A stretch of DNA of 51,480 nt from Tubiluchus corallicola. Its lineage: Eukaryota; Animalia; Priapulida. The DNA lies in contig JAQGDQ010001259.1 in assembly GCA_030141605.1 (NCBI GenBank), positions 1-51,480 of the forward strand. Reading direction: 5' to 3'. The notes beneath the pieces were generated by a model. It was not told the origin of the DNA. It saw nothing but the letters and a program-made list of their open reading frames with translations, and ran no database searches. The first letter of the stretch is position 1. The number at the start of each line of letters is the position of its first letter. Shown here one piece after another: positions 42,801 to 51,480 of this stretch. A program made the translations under genes and the position numbers.

Positions 42801-45456
42801 CGATAGCTAAAGGACAAGAAAAGGGGTACCTACCTGAAGTAGGTTTCGGAAAAAATCGTCTTAAAAATATATTACCTTACAGCAATTTTATGCGTATATC
42901 GTACTCGCGTTAAAAGAATTTTTTGTTTGTTTTAATTTTTTAAATATATATATATATATGCTACTGAACCTATTAGTTTACCTTTTTCTAGATAAGAATA
43001 CGGTAGCACTATAATAATTAGTAGAAAAGCCAATGCATTGTTGAAATTTAGAATTATTTCAACATTCACGAAAAATGTTAGAAGTGTTTAATAATAGTAA
43101 GAGTTTGATAAGAGCTTCGTGTAATTAGTAAAATCATTTTAAAGCGTCGATCATTTCACAGCTGGGCGTTTCCATTTTGAACAACCATTTTTCCACCGAT
43201 GACGTCAGTCATAGGCTGAAGAAAAACAGCACACTTTGACTTTATGCAAATGGTATAAAAAGTTTTTACCAGAAATAAGATAGCCGACTTATGATTTTTC
43301 TGCATGAACATTACGTAGACTGCAGAAATTTGAATTAGTTTAAGGAGCGCGCTCTTACGGTCAGTTATGAAAAGTCACGAAGTCCACCAGTTACGTCATA
43401 ATTTTCAAGTGAATGCCCTGCTACCACTGCGCCACAAAATTTCTATACAGCGGTACTTTAAATAAACCCAACGTGCTAAGGGATTTTCTTTAAGATGGTT
43501 CATTTTTAAATTCCTTGTTCCATTTGCTACAAAGAATCAAAGATAAACATCAAGTGAAAGTCTTCCATTTAACTGTAAGCTAAATATTTTATCATGTCAG
43601 CATGTTTGTTGAGCGACGATCGTTTCGGCTACCGTAACCGTTATCAAACTATAAATGAAGCCAAGAAGAAGAATAAATAATACATTAATGATACAAAGGC
43701 ACAAACTGAAACTACAAAACAACAGATCAGAAATTAACTTATAAAAACAAACGAGTTTATAATGGAAGAAATTGCAGAGAAAATTTTACTAACACGTGAG
43801 AACCAGAAAATAACAAAACATGGTAAACAATTAGTTCAAGCTTACATAATGAAGAACAACGGCAGTAAACGTTATTAGAAAAAAACACAACATGGTAAAC
43901 AATTAGTCCAAGCTTACATAAAGAAGAACAACAGCAGTAAACATTATTAGAACAAAACACAACATGGTAAACAATTAGTCCAAGCTTACATAAAGAAGAA
44001 CAACGGCAGTAAACATTATTAGAACAAAACACAACGTGGTAAACAATTAGTTGGCTTACATAAAGAAGAACAACAGCAGTAAACATTATTAGAACAAAAC
44101 ACGACGTGGTAAACAATTAGTCGGCTTACATAAAGAAGAAAAACAACAGTAAACATTATTAGAACAAAACACAACGTGGTAAACAATTAGTCGGCTTACA
44201 TAAAGAAGAACAACAGCAGTAAACATTATTAGAATAAAACACAACATGGTAAACAATTAGTCCAAGCTGACATAATGAAGAACAACGGCAGTAAACATTA
44301 TTAAAATAAAAAACAATTTTCTGCACTTCTCTGCAATTTCTTCTGTTACAACCCATCTTGTTTTGATAAGTTAAATTCTAATCTGTTGTTTTGTAGTTTC
44401 TGTTTGTGTCTCTGTATGAATAATGTATTATTTGCTCTTATTTTGGCTTCATTTATAGTTTGACAATGACTTCAGTAGCCAAAACGATCGTCGCTCAATA
44501 AACATGTTGAATCCTATAAGCTGACTCTTTCGCGTATTTTATAATGTGATTTTATAATAACTACAAGCTGTTCTTTACGTATTCGCGTAGATGATGTTTA
44601 CTCAGAAACACGTCAACTCTTTGCGCAGCTCTGACAGACTATTTCAACAAACAAAAACTCAATATCGACGTGTGCAGTACGGCAACACTTGTCCGGCTGT
44701 AACTCGGGATTGACAGGCGAACCCTGATCCAGACAACCCGTTACAGACACAACATCCAAAAAAACACAGTTGACCCAGTTTTAGACAATTTTTACCGTAA
44801 AACCTAGAGCACTGTATGTGTAGAGACCTACACAACTATACGTGTTCTGATATGTACCCAGATATGTAGGCCTACTACAAGCAGGCACATACACCATATC
44901 AGCTATGTGAACGCCATATTATAGGATGTCCCATCTACTTCGCCGGTTCGACATCTCGCAATATGGAGCCAAATACTTCTCTCCACTCGTCTGACAGCTG
45001 AATGCTGAATTTTAATTTTCATGTATCGTCATGCCAATCAAACCCGTGTTGTTTTACATGTCTGCTGCTGTCTGTCAAACTGCATAAGAGAGAGAACTCT
45101 TTAGTTTGGAGCCTATATTCTTGTAACACGCGCGTGTGTGTTATTCCAAGTTTCCGAATCTGTGCTGCCATTATAAATACCCACTACATCATCTGCGTAG
45201 ATTATACGCACTGATGCTATACGTGCGCTTCGGTTGTTGTATTCATTTTGTAGTTGAAGGATGCAGTGGTTTTACAAAAATAATGTGTAAGAATAGAGTA
45301 CATAATAATGTCTGCGTGTTGCATTTTTCGTCTTTCGAGTAACGTAACTTTTTGTTTCTGTGCTAAAATTTTAATTTTCATTTCGACTGGAGAATTAACG
45401 ATTTTGATTAATAATGACTTACTACCAGGAATCTTGGGTAATTTGTCTGTCTGTCC

Positions 45457-45500
<44 letters not shown>

Positions 45501-46357
45501 GCCTAATTTTTCTTTTTTTCAAAAACAACGTGTTCGATTACCAGAAAATTTTGTAAACAAGTAGGCATGACAAGGAAGAACCTACAGATATTTGTGTGGA
45601 TCTGAATCAGACTTGTAAAACTTTTTTAATGTTTTTATTAAATTTAAACTTCGCTTAATGTTTTATTTCAATAAATTGTACAAAGCTAATTACATTTGCT
45701 GATTTATATAACTTTAATCGGTTTAATACGTGTGCTTTCAGGTTGCAACTGTTTCCCTCTTATCTTTCCATAAAAAATGAGTTGTTGCAATGCGTCTTTA
45801 CTGTAATAAACACAATTATTTTTACTGAATTAATTTCGTGTACATTGCCTTTTGTATATAATTATATAAATAACGTGTCCTCTTGTATGTGTGTTTTTTG
45901 TCATTTCAGTAATTATAGCTTTATGTTTTGTGTAATCTTCATTTCTTATATATATGTGTGTGTGTGTGTGTACGCATATATATGTTTATGCGTATTTTTC
46001 ATGTCGATTTTAAGTGTGAGATAAATCCAATTGAATTACTTGATAGAATATATTGGAAAAAATCTCAAATATATTCTCAAAAATCTATTCCGGTCATCCC
46101 CTCCCCCCCCCCCCCTGCAACCACTAAGTAAAGTTGTTTCTAGGGTTTCTGTCCAAAGTCCACTCACTCGGTGGCCCACGGACTAGACCCCCTCATTCCC
46201 GATGGTTCCTCACCCCACCTCCCCCCCCCCCCATGAACTTATTGCGCATGCGCGTCGCTTACTATTTTTCAGAGAATATTAATACGAGCAAATGCATATT
46301 ATCAATAATTCCTAATATTAACGATATTGTTCTCTATTTTGATAAACTTCCGCAAAT

Positions 46358-46443
46358 ATAAGTTCACTTTTCTATTACAGGTCTCGCTCGACATTCGTTC
46401 CCTCGTCGCCTATTGGCTACTCTAGATCACGTGGTACGCAGCA
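46358..46443 (+). promoter_or_regulatory. Hox3 copy 2 5' region: candidate acceptor (AG 46379-46380), ATTGG and CACGTG
   Basis: Mirror of 5040-5125. Confidence 0.5.
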
Positions 46444-46461
46444 GAAATGTGATCCATTAGA

Positions 46462-46879
46462 ATGTCAAAGCCTTGCCATACAGCAATAAATTTCAGCACC
46501 CGCACGGAGATGCAGAAAGCATTCTACGCAGAACCTTCGGATTCTTACGCGGGTTACAACAACAATTCCAGTGCAATCAACGGCTATTACGAACCGTCGC
46601 AGATCAACTACAGCGAGTACCAGACCCCCTCCTCCTTGGACGCGCACTCGCGATGGCCGCAGTGCTACATGGACACTGTCCACGACTTTGCCGGAGCCAC
46701 GGTGCCGCAGGACTACGCGTCGTGCATGCGGCCCGCCACGAATCTCTCTTACCACTATGCCACCTCTCCGGGTCCGCAGAGTCCGCCATTTCCGCCGGAA
46801 CCCTGTAAAGAGGTGTATCCCTGGATGAAGGAATCCCGTCAGAACGCGAAGCAGCGGCAGCATCTGACTCATATCGCAG
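46462..46879 (+). CDS. Hox3: Hox3-like homeobox gene, first coding exon, copy 2
   Basis: Mirror copy with identical translation; second ATG at 46510; donor gtgagt at 46880. Confidence 0.88.
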
Positions 46880-48406
46880 GTGAGTAATTAGTACAGTCTT
46901 TGATATAGTAGATTTTCAGCTCTTCTTGTCAGGTTAAATCTGACAGGATGAGTGATCAGTATATTTTGTAGACAACCATACCTAGTTATGTATATTTATA
47001 TATACTAATATTTTATGCATAATTTTTATGCAAAAATAAACTAAATTTTGGCTTCTGTTGCAGCCGTGTCATCTATCCTTGAGTGAAATCATCTTTTTCT
47101 GACTACTTTAGTATAATTATATATATACATATACTAAAACTAAAATAAATAAATAAAATAAAAAAGAAAAACTACTCGGTTTATTTATTAGTTTTTAAAG
47201 GTATTTTTCTATGTAAAGTGTTATTGTATGATGAACCAATCATTCTGGTTTATTGTCTTACTATGTTGTGTTGTATTGTATTGTATTGTATTGTACTGTA
47301 TTACATATGTATATAATACAATACAATACAACAGAACACAATATATATATATATATATATTATGTTGTATTGTATTGCATTGTATTGCATTGTATTGCAT
47401 TGTATTGTATTGTATTGTATTGTATTGTATTGTATTGTATTGTATTGTATTGTATTGTATTGTATTGTATTGTATTGTATTGTATTGTATTGTATTGCAT
47501 TGCATTGCATTGCATTGCATTGCATTGCATTGTATTGTCTTCTCTGTCTTGTCTTGTATTGCATTGTATCATATCGTATCGTACCGTATCATACTGCATT
47601 CCATTGTATTGCTTGAATTGTGTATAGAATACAAAGCAATAAATATAATACAACACAACATACTAAGAAAATAAAGCGCATTGATGGGTTTATCATCATC
47701 AGACAATAGCATTTTACATAACAACAATACGTTATTTACTGTATTTGTAAATAAATAAACCGAATAGTCGAATGTAATAATCATCAGTTAATGCATCAAT
47801 TTTTGAGCTAATTTCATGTATTAAAATTTAACAGGCATTGCCTGGCTGTAGTACATCATATGATTTCACTAAGTCACTAGTCAGGCAGACATTCGATTAC
47901 ACACGTTCTTTGAAAACATAAAAAATCGATATTAAAGGAAAAGAGCTAAATATTTCGTTATCTTAGCTGCATATCACTTAATTAGGCTTAATATACTTAA
48001 TTGAAGTAAACTACACAGAAAAACACAGTCTATCCATAATCCAGTTAAACGATGTTCTTGATATACATATACAATACAAATATATATATATATACAATGC
48101 AATGCAATGCAATGCAATGCAATACAATGCAATACAATACAATACAATACAATACAATACAATACAATACAATACAATACAATACAATACAATACAATAC
48201 AATGCAATGCTATACAATACATGCATAATACGATACAATACAATACCTATAATACAACACAACATAGTAAGACAATAAACCAGAATGATTGGTTTATTGT
48301 CATCATACAATAACATTTTACATAAGGAAAGTACATTTAAAAAACTAATAAATTAACTGAGTAGTTTGATCTTTTTTATTTTTTTTTGTTTTATTTATTG
48401 ATATTA

Positions 48407-48470
<64 letters not shown>

Positions 48471-50405
48471 TTTAAATGATTTAGTTTGATTTTTTTCAAA
48501 AAGAATACATACTGTATACGAATCCATAAAAAGTATCTTCACGCAATCATTTGAAAAGGTTATGATTGCAAACTATGCATAAACTCTGGTGAGAGCCGAT
48601 ATAGCCTATATATTTTTTAAATAGCTGCACGAAGATACTTTTTATGGATTCGTATACAGTATGTACCTCACCTCTTGTTGAAAATAATCAAATTAAATCA
48701 TTAAAACACCGTGTTGGGGGTATTTAGCAGCATAAACTTTAAACAATGTTGCGATCATAGATTCCGTCGTTTTTGGTAAAAAAAATACAGCCACACAAAA
48801 ATTTATTCTAATAGGTCTAATTATTGGACAATTACTACTAGATAGTAAACTGAAAGTAGTAAAATGGAACGTAATGTTCTGTTGAAACGTTGTATGTATC
48901 TTCTTTTTAATTTAATATTTAAAACTGTAAAGTAGTTATTTTTTAATTGGGTTTCTTTTGAAAACAAAACCTGTGTATGATTTAAAGGTGGAAGATTTAC
49001 GATTTTTCATATACTATCCCAGCTGCAAGCCCAATAGAAAGTATACATTTTAGCACAATTAATACTTCAAAAGCGTTTCTGATAATTAAATAATAGATTA
49101 AGATTTTAATTAACGACAGGCGAGCCCAACTATTGATGACATCACAAACTAACACTAATTTTGAACAGCAAAAATATTCCACGAGCGTGTTGTACGAGTT
49201 TGCAAAAGAGAAAATTGAAGTACAGTGCTACTGAAAGATGTTCACTGTGTTGTAATAAAACTAGGCAGTTTTAAGATAAATATTCAAATTTCAAATTTAC
49301 CACTGTGCTCACGCATGAGCTGTCGAACGTGTGTAGTTCGTGACAAACTAACACATATGAACTGATAGGTACAGCGCCTGTTTTTTTATGCAATGTCATT
49401 TCCAAAATGCGGACGCTAGCGCTCGTCTAATTAGCGAATGGCGAAATGCATGTAACAGCGAGGAACTAGTGGCGCGAACATGAAATTGTGTTTGTGTGGT
49501 AATAATTCTTACATCTAAGTCATTTTCGAAAAAAATAGTATGTTCCTTTCAATATTTTAAAGTTGAGTAGATTTTGAGTAGATTGTTTTGACCCGCAGTC
49601 TAAGATGGGGCCCGGTTTTGCTTTAACTAAACATTTTTTATCAAAAAGTCACCATACAAGCGATTTATTTTAACTGTTTTACGTGATAATATTGTCTCAC
49701 AGCGTGGAGCTATATTATTTTATCACATGATACTAACTACATTTATTATAAGCTTTTATACTAATGTATTCTCAAAATTTTGATATGTAAATTTCTGGAA
49801 TAGATAAGTTATTTTCTGAGTCAGTTAGTAGTGACATCTATTGTCCACACTAAATATAAAATAATCTATATAATTTGTTCAAAACGATATCATTTTAATA
49901 ATAAGTTAATTACCGATCTTTCCTATCCTAAGACGTAGGCCCTATACATAGCATTAAAGAAGTAACTACGTCATTAGTGAATTTTTCGGGCTTTCCTGGT
50001 TCTGAGAAACTGGTTTTCACAGTGTAAACTTTGTCAGCACAGGTAATTTATCAACGCTCCGCAGGCAGCAATGATTAATGATAATAACGTTCTCTAAAGT
50101 ACAGTGCTGTATTACATAGGTGTTTTTAGACTCCCGGGTCTTTAGTAAATGCATCCTTTATTAAAATCAATATTATTATTGTCGTTGTTGTTATTGTTAT
50201 TGTTATTGTTGTTGTTGTTGTTGTTGCTATTGTTGTTGTTATTGTTGTTGTTGATGTTGGTGCTGCTGTTGCTGTTGCTGCTGGTGCTGGTGCTGTTGTT
50301 GGCATTGTTGTTGTAATTGTTGTTGTTGTTGTTATTATTGTTGCTGTTGTTGTTATTGTTGTTGTTATTGTTGTTGTTGTTGTTGTTATTGCTGTTATTA
50401 TTATT

Positions 50406-50437
<32 letters not shown>

Positions 50438-51480
50438 TTTATGTATAAATTTATCTTAGTGTGCAGTAACAGGCAGACGTCGTGGCTCTCCGTAAGTGTG
50501 CACTGATTAAACTAATTCAAACTTCTGCAGCTTAGCTAAGGTTCAAGCGAAAATGTGACGAAATTAGCTATCTAATTGTTTTGTAAATACTTATTATACT
50601 TTTGAGCAAAATTGACATTGCGCTACTTTTCTTCAGGACAAATAACGTCATTGAAAAAAATGGGCATTCAAACGGGAAACAATCGCGACCTTAAAGTGAT
50701 TTTGCTTATTACATGAGGTGCTTATTGCAGTTTTGTTACTGAATCCTTCTAACATTTTTTGTGAACATTGAAATAAGTTTAATTTCCCAGAAGACTTCCC
50801 TTTTCTTTAAATTTGATTGTCAAGGATATCATGATCACCCAGAGAGTAGGAAATTCAGGCTTTGCTTGCTTATATGTAGTAATAGCAGTTTCATACATAG
50901 CTCTACATCTTTTTTCCTTTTTAAAATTTCCACTTTCAAGTCTTTATGGTTTTTGGTTTTGCAGTGATTATTGGCATAACTTGCCCTTGATTTGCAGGTT
51001 TCAGTGAATGAGTATTGCATATATTCATACACATTTGCACCGTTGATGTTGGTATGGTAGAAGGAGAATTACCATCGCCTGCAGAAAACTCTACATCAGT
51101 GAATGACTCATTGTGGACGAACTTCACTTTTATTGCCGAATCCGTACTTCTCAACGTGGACTTTAAAATCAAACTGTTGTTCAGCTTCTTACTTATTTCA
51201 ATGTTCACAAAAAATGTTAGTAGGATTTAGTAATAAAACTGCAATAAGCATCTCGTATAATTAGTAAAATCACTTTAAAGCTGTGATAATTTCATGCTTG
51301 GGCGCTCCCATTTTCAACGCTCATTCTTCTTCCAATGACGTCATTTGTCCTGAAGAAAAGTAGCACACTGTCAATCTTCGTGAAAAGTATAATAAGTTTT
51401 TACAAGAAACAGAGAGCTAATTTTGTAATATTTTTGCGTGAACGTTAAGAAAGCTGCAGATGTTTGAATTAGTTTAAGCA

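Noticed and set aside
46880-51480. Hox3 homeodomain exon
   Set aside because: No KRARTAY- or WFQNRR-like frame in the ORF track or by eye; presumably it lies beyond the window.

Overview
AT-rich, microsatellite-rich invertebrate animal DNA (not prokaryotic; phylum uncertain). The whole window is one giant palindrome: 1..~25030 is the reverse complement of ~26356..51480. The arms are near-identical but differ at scattered SNPs, 4-13 bp indels and microsatellite lengths. The 1.3 kb spacer (25031-26355) is a third copy of 13697-15021, joined by a short microhomology on one side and by (AAC)n/(GTT)n arrays on the other. Each arm carries the first coding exon of a Hox3-like gene (MQKAFY... and YPWMKESRQNAKQR, GT donor), pointing outward. 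I found no homeobox exon or Hox4/Dfd in the window. The rest is mobile-element debris: a 5S rRNA-headed SINE with a target-site duplication, an RTE-like LINE fragment with an internal 108-bp tandem amplification, two tRNA-derived SINE heads, inverted Penelope-like repeats with a variant hammerhead motif around a 70-bp minisatellite, TIR elements filled with telomere-like satellite, and several MITE/foldback elements. Sequence alone cannot tell a real inverted duplication from an assembly fusion of two haplotypes. Element boundaries were read by eye and are approximate.
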